This document shows, piece after piece, positions 1 through 10,849 of a stretch of DNA of 64,000 nucleotides. The notes under the pieces were generated by a model. That model made no database searches and was not told where the DNA came from. It was given only the letters and a program-made list of their open reading frames with translations. The first letter of the stretch is position 1; the number at the start of each line of letters is the position of its first letter. This DNA comes from Tubulanus polymorphus (lineage: Eukaryota; Animalia; Nemertea). The position numbers were made by a program, and so were the translations under genes. The DNA lies in assembly GCF_964204645.1 (NCBI RefSeq), contig NC_134031.1, positions 16,479,807 through 16,543,806 on the forward strand, given 5' to 3'.

Positions 1-476
1 TTCTGTTACTAGATTTATACATGTAGATGTATTTCTTAACGCAATGAGTTCTCTCTTAAATTTGGTGTACTCTAAGTTGGTCAAGTTTGACTGTATTTAA
101 GGTGCAAATAGAATCAGATCCAGTGAAATAATCACAGAAAACATCAGAATCATACTAAATAAGAACATTTATTTGTTTGCAAGGACTGTTCTATTGTTTA
201 ATAGCACGTCTACCTGCAGAGAACTACACACTAGTATAAACACTATAACACTGCACACCAAGAATTCGCCCCAAAAATACAATATTATTTGTCACGATCA
301 ATCCATAAAAATTCACACTTTCAATAAAAGTTTTTCAGTTAAAAAAATAACGGTTGATGAGGAATGAAAACACCTTTCACCCTACCAAAAAATCTAATGC
401 AAAGATGAAAATGTTTTAAGTAATTAGTTTATTCAAACTTCAACTTGATAATGGATCATATTTCAAGATAAATACA

Positions 477-812
477 TCATGGCACGTGGACCCCGGGGCT
501 CTTTTGAATTACTTCTTCCTCTAACAAACCAAGCATTTTAAACACTTGGTCGTTAAATGCTGAAGCATCACTCTTCTTCTTATCAACTAAAGCTTCAGCC
601 GCTTCAACAATTATCGCCTTGTCATCAGATGACAATGGATTCTTTTTGTTTAATCGTTCTCGAAGGTAATACGCATTAATGATGAATCTAGCCACTTTTT
701 TACCATTTCTTTCCAGGATTTTAGACGGCTTGGAACGTTTAACTACCACCTCTGCATCACTTACAACAATCAGAACTATCAATATCAAGACTAAGGGAAC
801 AGAATACCTCAT
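477..812 (-). CDS. 111-aa Cys-free secreted protein or peptide precursor, unknown family
   Basis: Single-exon ORF: hydrophobic signal peptide (MRYSVPLVLILIVLIVVSDA), KR site, basic segment, then an acidic/helical C-terminal half. Confidence 0.7.
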   Translation of the reverse strand: MRYSVPLVLILIVLIVVSDAEVVVKRSKPSKILERNGKKVARFIINAYYLRERLNKKNPLSSDDKAIIVEAAEALVDKKKSDASAFNDQVFKMLGLLEEEVIQKSPGVHVP

Positions 813-894
813 CTTTTATCAATACAACTGCAGTATAGAATGATAACTACATTTCAACTTCGGTAGAAAAACCCTTCCACTTATCTGTAACCCG

Positions 895-1003
895 GATCCA
901 GTGTCACAGTTCTAATTCAGAGTTAACTCTTGAGTCAAAATTAGTTCGTTTTCCATGTTTTAACTCCGAGTCAAATCTTAACTCACATCTATGGAACTGG
1001 ATC
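895..1003. mobile_element. Harbinger-like MITE (about 110 bp)
   Basis: Ends GATCCAGT...ACTGGATC; internal sequence homologous to 28657-28766. Confidence 0.6.
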
Positions 1004-1786
1004 CAGAGAACCTACTGGTAGATCTAATTGTATTACGTACCTTTACTGTCTTTAAAAAAGTTTTCCAGAAATGCAAAACACAACATTATTTCCAGACATT
1101 TTATACTCTTGAGGGAAAATGAATAGCTGCTATTAGTCAATCCCTGTTTTTCAGATGAAACAAACTACTAATCCGTACATTATTAAATTTTCAATAAAGA
1201 TGGAGACCATACGATCATTTGAAACCAGGCGTCTAATGATCCAATCACAGAACAGCACCTGGGATGTAACGGATCATCATCTATTTCTAAGAGAAGATTT
1301 TGTGGTAAACTTCTGTTACTAGATTTATACATGTAGATGTATTTCTTAACGCAATGAGTTCTCTCTTAAATTTGGTTTACTCTTAGTTGGTCAAGTTTGA
1401 CTGTATTTAAGGTGCAAATAGAATCAGATCCAGTGAAATAATCACAGAAAACATCAGAATCATACTAAATAAGAACATTTATTTGGTTGCAAGGACTGTT
1501 CTATTGTTTAATAGCACGTCTGCCTGCAGAGAACTACACACTAGTATAAACACTATAACACTGCACACCAAGAATTCGCCCCAAAAATACAATATTATTT
1601 GTCACGATCAATCCATAAAAATTCACACTTTCAATAAAAGTTTTTCAGTTAAAAAAATAACGGTTGATGAGGAATGAAAACACCTTTCACCCTACCAAAA
1701 AATCTAATGCAAAGATGAAAATGTCTCAAGTAATTAGTTTATTCAAACTTCAACTTGATAATGGATCATATTTCAAGATAAATACA

Positions 1787-1906
1787 TCATGGCACGGGGA
1801 CCCCGGGGCTCTTTAGAATTACTTCTTCCTCTGACAAACCCAGCATTTTAAACACTTGGTCGTTAAATGCTGAAGCATCACTCTTCTTCTTATCAACTAA
1901 AGCTTC
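1787..1906 (-). pseudogene. 5'-truncated copy of the secreted peptide gene (C-terminal ~39 codons only)
   Basis: Matches 477-596 with 3 non-synonymous and 1 synonymous change; no ATG or signal peptide. Confidence 0.75.
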
Positions 1907-2573
1907 TAAGGCGCAATTTGGGTTGAATTTCTAAAACTATAGTTCATCTCGGTTACTAGGATTATTCGTGGTACAGTCAAGCTCAGTTAAACCATCATTA
2001 GATAAGTCATCGCATCACTTCATTTTAGTCCCATTTTGTATTTTCGATTCAATTTGCCAAATGTAAGTAGTCATTTCGATAAGTCACCCCAGTGACAATT
2101 TATCCGAGTTGAGACTGTTTACCCGTACATGTATTTCTAAATGAGTACCCACACGATAAATACAAATTGAATACAATTCAAGAAACAGGAGTATACCGGC
2201 ACAGGTATTGCCCGCTTTTTTTCTAACACGAATTATAGATTAATCAACAATGATCTCAATAATAAAAGCATAATTAATTCAATCAGCAAAATGCAGTCTC
2301 CTAGAAAATAATGCATAGGAGACACGTCGGAAATGCTTTTCTTAATACACATATGAAAGCTGAGTACATATAGGTTTTAAGTAGACAGTACCGGTAATCT
2401 AGAAAATGATATAAACGGGACGGTTTCAACTGCTTTATAAATGAAACCAGCTCAAATACACACAGCAGTAACTTTGTTCGCATATAATGATAACATAATT
2501 TTCGCCCAAATCATCAACAGTTCTATAGTACAACGCTGCAAGTCGGTAAGTCCGTCTGGTTTACGTTGCGGAC

Positions 2574-5500
2574 TTATTGAGCATCGTCCGATTCCGTATC
2601 GGACAAGAAACAGATGCACATCGAATCGCGACCCATTAAAAGAAGGGACGTTCCGTCCGGATGCCAGCGTAACGACGTCACTTGGAATACAGCTGAAATG
2701 AATCGATCGTAAGGAGTTAATGATCCTTACAAATACAGGGATATACTTCCCGATTTCTAAATTATTATTTCCAATGAATGAGTTTCAGATTCTCTTTCAG
2801 TTTTGACCATCATATCAGCTTATTCAAAAAAAAAAATTTTGAGTCCACCATCTCCAAATCGTATCAAGAGGTGATTTAATGATTTGACAAATCGATTTGA
2901 ATTTGATGCCGTGTTAAATTCAAAGATTAGACCAAATCAAATTTGATTATGACAAGATAAAAATGATTTTACTTAAAATCAAATTTAATTAGATGTGATA
3001 AATTCGCCTTTGTTATCCTACGACATATACTTACATTCAACAGGTATTTCAACGGACAACGCGCCAGCCGGTGACCACATGTAAATCTTATCGGTACCGG
3101 TACACAGAGCTAAACGAGTATTCACCGGATCCCATTCGACACCTACAAAACAAAATACATGCGTTTACAACAGGTTCGATTAACGTTCAAAATCGCTATT
3201 GCTGAGATATGGAATTCTACCTGGACCACTTACATTTGATTGGACTGTTCTGCACAAGAATGACGGCCAAATTTAGCGCTATTATATCCCAGATCCACAG
3301 GGTATGAGGCATGTTGTCTATAATGAAATAAATTTCAAAATACTACACCGATCTCTTAATTACAAATGGTTCTTACAGGAAAATTGAGAGCGGAAGTTAC
3401 CATTTCGAGTGAACATGTATCGGTTATCTTTACTGAACGCCACACATCCGACCCCGAGTTTAGGGTTCGCTTTTTCCAGATCCGGTTTCACGGTGGGTAT
3501 CTGAATCGGTCCCTCGATCACTTCATCTGCGTGAAAACATACCCAATCAAAATCTCTTACTCGAAATTCGTGAAAAAAAAAAACCACAAAATCTCATATT
3601 ACTTACATTTACTTGGGGCCGAAGTCAATTTAGAATTGATCTGGATTCCTCCAATGTTCGGCGTTGGTCGTTTTTCCACCTCGTTGTAAGCTACCTGCGG
3701 ATGGAAAAAGAATCAAAAGTCCATGATTCTGGCAACAGAACCGATTTAATCAATGCTTAATCTGTAACGGGGTCCCTACAGATCAGTCATTCCAGAATTC
3801 AAGGCCTTTCCAGGAGAATATTTCAAATTTCGAGTAGTGTATGCATCACTTTCGCAAGTTACTCTAGACTGCTCATAAATTTTACTGCTTACGGTATCTC
3901 AGTTAACCATTTAATTTGTGTGTATAAGTCCTACGATTACTAACTAGGCCCACGTACCTTTAATTCATCGATCTGTTTCGGATGTTCTTGCTCGGCTACT
4001 GTTCTCCACGTGATATGGTTAAGTATTCGTACCTGAATATACGATCAAATCGGTTACGCTCGATTCAAGTGACATAAAGGGAACTGAAATTTATCGTTTC
4101 ACGGCAGGACGAGGCCGAGTACCTTTTCATCGTAGCTGCCTAAAGCGAGGAACTGACTCGTCGGTGACCAGGCCAAACTCTTAATACCTAAAGCGTAGTC
4201 GTACGCGCTGTAACTGGCTAAACATCGTCCATCCACTGAATACAGCAATACTTTATACTACAAAATCATCAAAATATAGTTACGGAGAAATTCTATTGAT
4301 TGTCCGTTCGTAAGGGTACGGCGCTCGTTATATCTACCTGAAGACAAGTGTCCCATACGGCTAATACTCGGCCGTCCGGCGACCATTGGACTCCTTTTAA
4401 ATCATCGGTTTCTGTTTCAAAATGCTACAAATATTCATTAGATTTCATGGTTACTGATTTCATTTCCAATCTCAATACTAATTTCAAATGCAGCAGGTGC
4501 AGATTCAGCCTACCGCCTTCACTGCTTGAGCGGTGGGCATAGACAGGCAAAACTCAGAAACATCAGGATTCCCTTATTTTGGATATGTGGAAAATTTAAT
4601 TTGACATCCCCATAACTGTGTAAATTACCGGTACTGTATCTGGAGGTAGTAAAATGCAAATTATCTGGGAGGAACCCTATACCCGCCTGTGGTGCCTTGC
4701 CTCTAGGGCCAACTTTGGTTATGTGAGTTAGTCCACCAATAGCCGAACTAAGTGAAACAGAATGTCAGTTACCGGGTAGTCAGAACAATGGTCTGGAAAT
4801 AATTCAGAAATTAAGCGCATTCGCTTATCAGTTCCAACCACTAGTCGACTAGATACGAAAACCGAATTTGGCCCTGACTGAGCCGGGGACTCAGAAACTG
4901 AGGCTGGACCCAAGTCGGTATTGATTTCATTATAGAATAAACCGTACCTTAACGAGTTGCCAGGTCGAACAGGCAAAAATACTGATATAATCTTTACAGT
5001 CTCGACGTTCAGCGAGGGCCATGTACTTTCCACCGGTGCTGAAATCGACGCCTGCAAAACCAAATTGAACCATTAGAGACGGTTTCGTAAATTACCGGTA
5101 AGAAAATATTTCGAAATATTCAGTTACCTTTCTGACAAGCTTTAGGGTATTTGATGTAGGACACCGATTTGTTCAACAGTGACCAAACGGTCATACGGAT
5201 CTGAAAAGTTTAGAAGTAAAAACTTCGACGATTTCGGGCCACACGATTTTCATCGGGATTATCAAATTTTGAGAAAAAAAATGACTTACATGAAAGTCAG
5301 CAGTAGTTAGAATATGCCTCCCATCTGGAGCCCAACATACATCGGCTAAACCAGCCGAGCCTTCGTCTATTTTACAAGTCCACGACGGTTCCTCCAACGA
5401 CCAAACCTATCAATTATTAATTATCCACCAGTTAATCTAGTCTCAGCCAGGCATAGAGCCCTTTCGTACTCTGTACAAGCACTCTGGAATACTTAAAACC

Positions 5501-6461
5501 TAACACAATTATATCCACTCCATCAATCAATGTTTTCAAATCAAACCTAAAAACTCTCAATTTAGAACACAAATTCTGATTTGGTCCGTTCCAAATTTGG
5601 CTCGTTCCAGGTACGGACCGGTCTAACTAGTGGTAACGCGGAGCCTACTGTCTACACATTCTTTAGTCATATGTTCATTTAAAGAATAATTGATTTAACT
5701 GTTTTTAGATTTTTTTCTGTTCTCTTTTGGCCTATGTAAAGCCAATGAGCACATTTCATATGGATTTTAGGCTCAACAGATATAAGTATGATTGAAATAC
5801 TTTTTTCGAGATAATTTTTATAAATAGGGTGCCCATATAAGCAATGCGTTTTGTACCTGAACTAGACCACGTTTGTACATTCCACATAAGACGAATAATG
5901 AATCAGACGACCACTGAAAAGAGAGAATGGTTTAAAAAAGTTATGGAAAAGAGTTAGCTGAAAACCTGAATAATTCAGAACTAATAAAGATCTATTAGTT
6001 ACCTCAATGTGTTGAATACTGTCCAAGCATGCATATAGTTGTAGTATTTGTAGGGTCTTCGTGTCCCGAACCACTAATCTATACTGAACGGCATTGGCCT
6101 GCAAAATAAACAATATAGTTATAAACATTATTTAGAAAAGATTTTCCAAAGTAACCAAACCCAAATCTCTCTAGACTCTAAATTTGCACGAAAACTGAGC
6201 AGACAAATCAAATTAGCTAATTGAATGTACAGCATCATATTGAAATCCGATTAACAATTTGATTGAATTTATTAAACATTAATTTAGTGGGATTGTTCAT
6301 GTAGATTGTTTTTCAAACAGCGATACGAATTTCGCGGTAAAAATTGAATGAATCGAACCTGGAACAACTAAAAAGTACCAACAAATACTCACTAAATAAT
6401 CCCCGTTAGGAGAAAACTTGCATAGATGATTCGATTGTTTGAACAATTCGGAGAAATTCAT
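2574..6461 (-). CDS. WRAP73: WD-repeat protein WRAP73 (WDR8), multi-exon
   Basis: Exon 1 (6393-6461) [23 protein letters not shown]; then [62 protein letters not shown]; last exon ..[26 protein letters not shown] at 2574-2576. Closely resembles human WRAP73. Confidence 0.95.
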
Positions 6462-6539
6462 AATTGTGTTCGCTCAAAATATCATCTAAATATGTAAGAA
6501 ATTGCTATTTTGGAACAAATTTGGGAGAAATTTCAGAAC

Positions 6540-6766
6540 CCGGAAGTGTTTTATCCTGCCTATATCGGGCGCATGCGCACTCCAGCCGAAAACCCGCCGC
6601 TAAAATGTTTAGAGATAAAAAGTGTAGAAAATTTAAGATCTGAATAGCCAAAACTTGTAGATAATTCTAAATTGGTGTCTTGAAACGATTCAAAAGATTT
6701 TATGAGTTGTTATTTAGTTCAAGGGGTAAAATTTAAATTATTGTTGGATAAGTAAGCAACTTCCGG
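6540..6766. promoter_or_regulatory. Bidirectional promoter between WRAP73 and the p63/73-like gene
   Basis: ETS/GABP CCGGAAGTG 6540-6548, NRF1 palindrome GCGCATGCGCA 6569-6579, second ETS ACTTCCGG 6759-6766; about 80 bp from the WRAP73 ATG. Confidence 0.7.
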
Positions 6767-6769
6767 TAG

Positions 6770-7059
6770 GGAATGGGACCGCACAACGCAAGTATTGAAT
6801 ATAGTAAATCATCGCTGTAAATGTAGTTTTTAAATGCCAATAGTTTTCCCGGTGAAAACTCGTTAATCGTCGGCTATTTGTGGTTTGATAGCTGAAACTA
6901 CTCGATTCTGATGGAGCAATGGAGCTCGAATTGACATTCACTGAGAAAATGAATGTGTAGTAGCTGGAACTTCGCGTAAGGATACATTTCGTCATCAAAA
7001 ACATCATTTTCCAGAGCATGCATTTATTTGCAGCATCTTGCTGTTAATTCTGATTATAC
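6770..7059 (+). other. Putative non-coding first exon of the p63/73-like gene (5' end approximate; contains short uORFs)
   Basis: Strong donor TAC|GTAAGT at 7059/7060 just downstream of the ETS/NRF1 promoter. Confidence 0.5.
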
Positions 7060-7403
7060 GTAAGTTTACACACAATTCAACGTTGACATTTCATCCATAA
7101 AGATCTTTGACAAATGCATGTTTGCATTTGATATTTTTCGGGTAATTTTAGGCTCAAAATGCTGTAAAATGTGATGATGATTCATCTGTTTTGAGCATCA
7201 GCAGCATTTGAACAATTCAATTCAATATACTGAATTAAACGTTTTCTAAGATGCCAGTGCATGGGTACAGGCGGGGGCATGCGCAGCCATTTGGAAATGG
7301 AGTAAAATGCTGTCAGAAATTTTAACCCACCAAGCCCCCTTCTTTTAGGCTTGCTGCTAATGCCTAATTCCTTTATTTCTGAACTTGTTGGTCATTGGAG
7401 GTG

Positions 7404-8636
7404 TTTTTAGCCCACTTGGGACTTTAGTCCCAGCGGGCTATTGCGTTCCCTTTTCGTCCGTCGTCCGTCCGTAGACGGAATCCAGTTATTTTGAGAAGTT
7501 TTGAAGACGCTTCAAGGTAATGTCTTGATATTTGGGTTACACATGTATCTACCCTAGACACATCTTCAGCCCAAAAACTGGCCCTGTCAGAATCAAGTTG
7601 GCCGACTGGCAGCCATTGTTGTTCACCAAAATCAGCACTTTTTACACATTTTTGAACTTTTTGAGGGAAATTTTGAAGACGCTTCGATCAATTACCTTGA
7701 TCTTTCGGATATATGTGAATCCCCCCAGGGCCCATCAACATAACAAAAATTGGGTCGGTCGGACTCAAGATGGCCGTCCTATGACCTTTTTAGTGCCCAA
7801 AAATGTTAATTTTGGCCCGAATTCTGAGTCCTGTAGCTTCCTACTGGTTTGCCATTTCTCATTACAATTTGTGATGGGTATTCTTTGGAAAGGGATGTTT
7901 TATACCTGAGACAGGTATTTTTCATCAGCCAATTATGACGCAATTGGCGGCCATCTTGGTGTCACCAGTACTCATTCGTAAGTTGGAAAAAGTTTTTCCA
8001 CATTATATTGATACCTAAGCGTATTTTGCTACCACAATCAATTAGAAAGTTGTAGCTCATAACGTGTTCTATGATTGTGGTGAGTTTCAAGGTAATTGGA
8101 TTTCGTACCAGGGGGCGTTGAATAATACAATATCTTAGCATTTCTTTATTATATTCGTATCAATGCATATTTTGTAACCACAATCAATTGGAAAGTTGTA
8201 GCTCATGACATCATCTATGATTGTTGCGAGTTTTAAGCACATAAGTTTTTCTATATGGTCACCAGGGGGCGTTGAATAGTAGAATAACTTCATTTCCTTA
8301 TTATATTGGTACCTAGGCATATTTTGTTACCATGATCAATTGCAAAGTTGTAGTTCGTGACATATTCTATGATTGTGGTGAGTTTCGAGGTCACCAGGGG
8401 GCGTTGAATAGTAGAATGACTTAGTATTTCCATATTAAATTGGTAACGAGGCATATTTTGTTATCACAATCAATTACAAAATCGTAGCTGCTGACATGTT
8501 CTATGATTTTGGTGAGTTTCAAGGTCATTGGATTCTGTATATGGTCACCAGGGGGCGTTGAATATTGAAATTGTTAGATTGTTGAGCATTTGAAACCACT
8601 TCCCAAGTGGGCATGGTGTCCCTGGACCCCTAGTTT
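7404..8636 (+). mobile_element. Non-autonomous Helentron-type (HINE/DINE-1-like) element with internal ~154-bp tandem repeats
   Basis: Starts in a T-run; 5' subTIR CCCACTTGGGA with adjacent inverted copy; (GTCC)-type microsatellite ~7454-7472; four internal repeats; 3' subTIR TCCCAAGTGGG 8601-8611; ends CTAGTT. Confidence 0.8.
8102..8560 (+). promoter_or_regulatory. Four co-oriented CTCF-like motifs inside the HINE repeats
   Basis: TGGTCACCAGGGGGCGTTG at 8256-8274 and 8542-8560, AGGTCACCAGGGGGCGTTG at 8388-8406, TACCAGGGGGCGTTG at 8106-8120; CTCF consensus TGGCCACCAGGGGGCGCTA. Confidence 0.55.
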
Positions 8637-9611
8637 ACCTTGAACGCACTAACAGTTTTTTGCTTAAGCTACCTCTATCATACGCATTTCATGGTTAACA
8701 GAATTCAGTCGTTCATGATCAGAATAGGAATCGCATCTGATTTTCATTAGTTGTATTTAGTTCTGATTGCGAGAGTAAGCATTATTTCTAATGTCATATT
8801 TTTTTGTAGCTTAACCTTTCGTTCCCTTGAACCTTGAGTGCATTTTTGCTGAACGCAAATACACGGCATTAGATTTTTAATAAAGAATCATTTGGATAGT
8901 AAAGTTATTATGTTTAGAAGGCCCCCTTTACTTAATGAAAGGATCTTACTCATTAGGCACAGTCATATCCCCTGGGGTGCTACAATTTTCCGCCATTGTC
9001 GTCATATATTTTGATATTATGGAATTAAAGTTTAGATTCACGCTCAGCGGATTCTTAACAATACGAGATATTTAGCGTAATCCGCATAAGTCATCAGTTC
9101 GGAATCGTCTTTATTTTACGAGATTATTAATTTCGATAGAACGGGACATCCAATCGCAACGCGCTCTTATGGGGGGTTCGCTTCAATCGATATTGTGTTT
9201 CGGACGGCTTCGTATTGTCGATTTCTGATTTGTATTATTTATGTGTGAATGCCGTCGCATAATAAGCGACCATTTCGAAGGGAATTTTATTATTGTTGTG
9301 TTGAAAATTAACCCGTACGTTCCACGCCATTGAATCCCCTGTGATGAGCCCGCAATTTATGGTTGTTTAAGAAATTATGAATAGCCTTCACGTGGCACAT
9401 TGGTTTCCACGCGCATAGTGAACAGTACCGCCGTGTATTTCTTGCTGAATTCATTTTGGGGGCTCTTCCGCAAATATTTGTAGTAGTACTAGAAAACGTT
9501 TCTCACTATCGCACCTAGTGTAGTATCTGATCACCTGGAACAGAGGCAGGCACTATGGTATGTAGTTTTAGTTTATTATGTTCTATGGCGTCGCCTGAAA
9601 TTGTTCGTCAG

Positions 9612-9719
9612 GACCCAGTTCTATGGTTGCAACTTTGACAAGAATTCCATTTCAGCTTTCAAAAACTGTATCATCTTGAATCTAGCATCTTACCTACTTC
9701 ATTCCAGTGCAACTGGGTC
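9612..9719. mobile_element. Harbinger-like MITE
   Basis: TIR GACCCAGTT...AACTGGGTC, preceded by CAG. Confidence 0.55.
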
Positions 9720-10828
9720 TTGCGTATTTATTTTATGTACTTAGATCAAAAACATCAATGGTCTGATAAACTTTGAAATGGGATTGCAATGATCAGGTCA
9801 GCGAATCGAATGCATTTATATGGCAAAATCTTGTTTACAAAAAGTCTGTAAAGGTTTTCTCGAGCTTTTCCTAGTTTTGAATAAAAGTATTTCATCAACA
9901 TTATTGATTACCCGTACTTCATCCTAGTTTTTGACAAAATTTCAACTGGAATAAGTTTTGAAATTAGTAATAATTGTTTTTGCTCGACCAGTGGTTACAG
10001 CTTAAGTGTTGAAGGGTTGTTTACCGCCAGACCTGATGACCCAATGTTACAGTCTGCTACCAATTCATAAATGAAATCGGGATTAGAAAAGAGGATAGAC
10101 CTAGATGTCTTGTGAGCTGGTATTGTCATCCGTGCCCGTGGCACCCGCCCGTCTTTACAACCGGGATTATACCACTATCATTGTCCTCTAAAATAAATAG
10201 GACCCGGGCATGGTTACAGGTTGACAGTTGGGATAATAGCACCCCTTGTGAAAACCAGGCCACATGCATAGTAAAGAGATGCCAACATTATCAATTGTGC
10301 ATTATAGTTATAGGCTTTCGGGATTCAGAGATAAATTTCGCATTTTAAATTTGCTACGTTTGCATAAAATACGCGAGTGAAGTTTCCTTATTTCCATCCT
10401 CTTATAGACTGCACAATATTCTTAGTGATTCGAGTTAGTTTTTGCCATAGATCTGTTGCAACATTTTATCGAACGAAAGTTGATTCCGCAAACTTAAATG
10501 TCTAGTGAAATTTTCGGGCGCGCGTGGTTTGAATTTGAGCATCCTTCTATATGAATTAGAACATAGAGATATTGGACTTATAACCTCTGACTTCATCATT
10601 TGCAAGCTTACATTCACCTGTTATAGTAGTCTTTCGCAAAAGCCACTGGTGACTATAGATCGCAAAATTCGTAGTGAATAATATTCTACATTACTTGGAG
10701 TTAGTTAGTTGGACGTATTTGCGATATTGTGATGAAATTATTTGAGAGAAAGAAAGCATCAATTCTAATGTTGTAGAATATCTTGCTGATGTATATGTTC
10801 TGATAGGGCTTTGACCAGAGACTAGATC

Positions 10829-10849
10829 ATGGATTGCTTACCGTTTATA
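10829..10849 (+). CDS. Candidate alternative N-terminal coding exon of the p63/73-like gene (MDCLPFI)
   Basis: atcATGG Kozak, 7 codons, phase-0 donor GTGAGT at 10850; possible acceptor ending at 10806; in frame with the exon at 13636. Confidence 0.45.

Larger units (their letters stand above)
1..1906. repeat. Direct duplication, period 1310 bp (1-596 vs 1311-1906); probably the right edge of a tandem array continuing left of the window
   Basis: 1-596 and 1311-1906 align with about 10 substitutions; identity stops abruptly after AAGCTTC at 596/1906. Confidence 0.95.

Noticed and set aside
173-367. 64-aa + strand ORFs at 173 and 1483
   Set aside because: TTG starts, antisense to the region downstream of the peptide gene; repeated only because of the duplication.
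477-812. Secreted peptide as a known nemertean cytolysin or neurotoxin
   Set aside because: Those toxins are disulphide-rich; this protein has no Cys and no motif I recognise.
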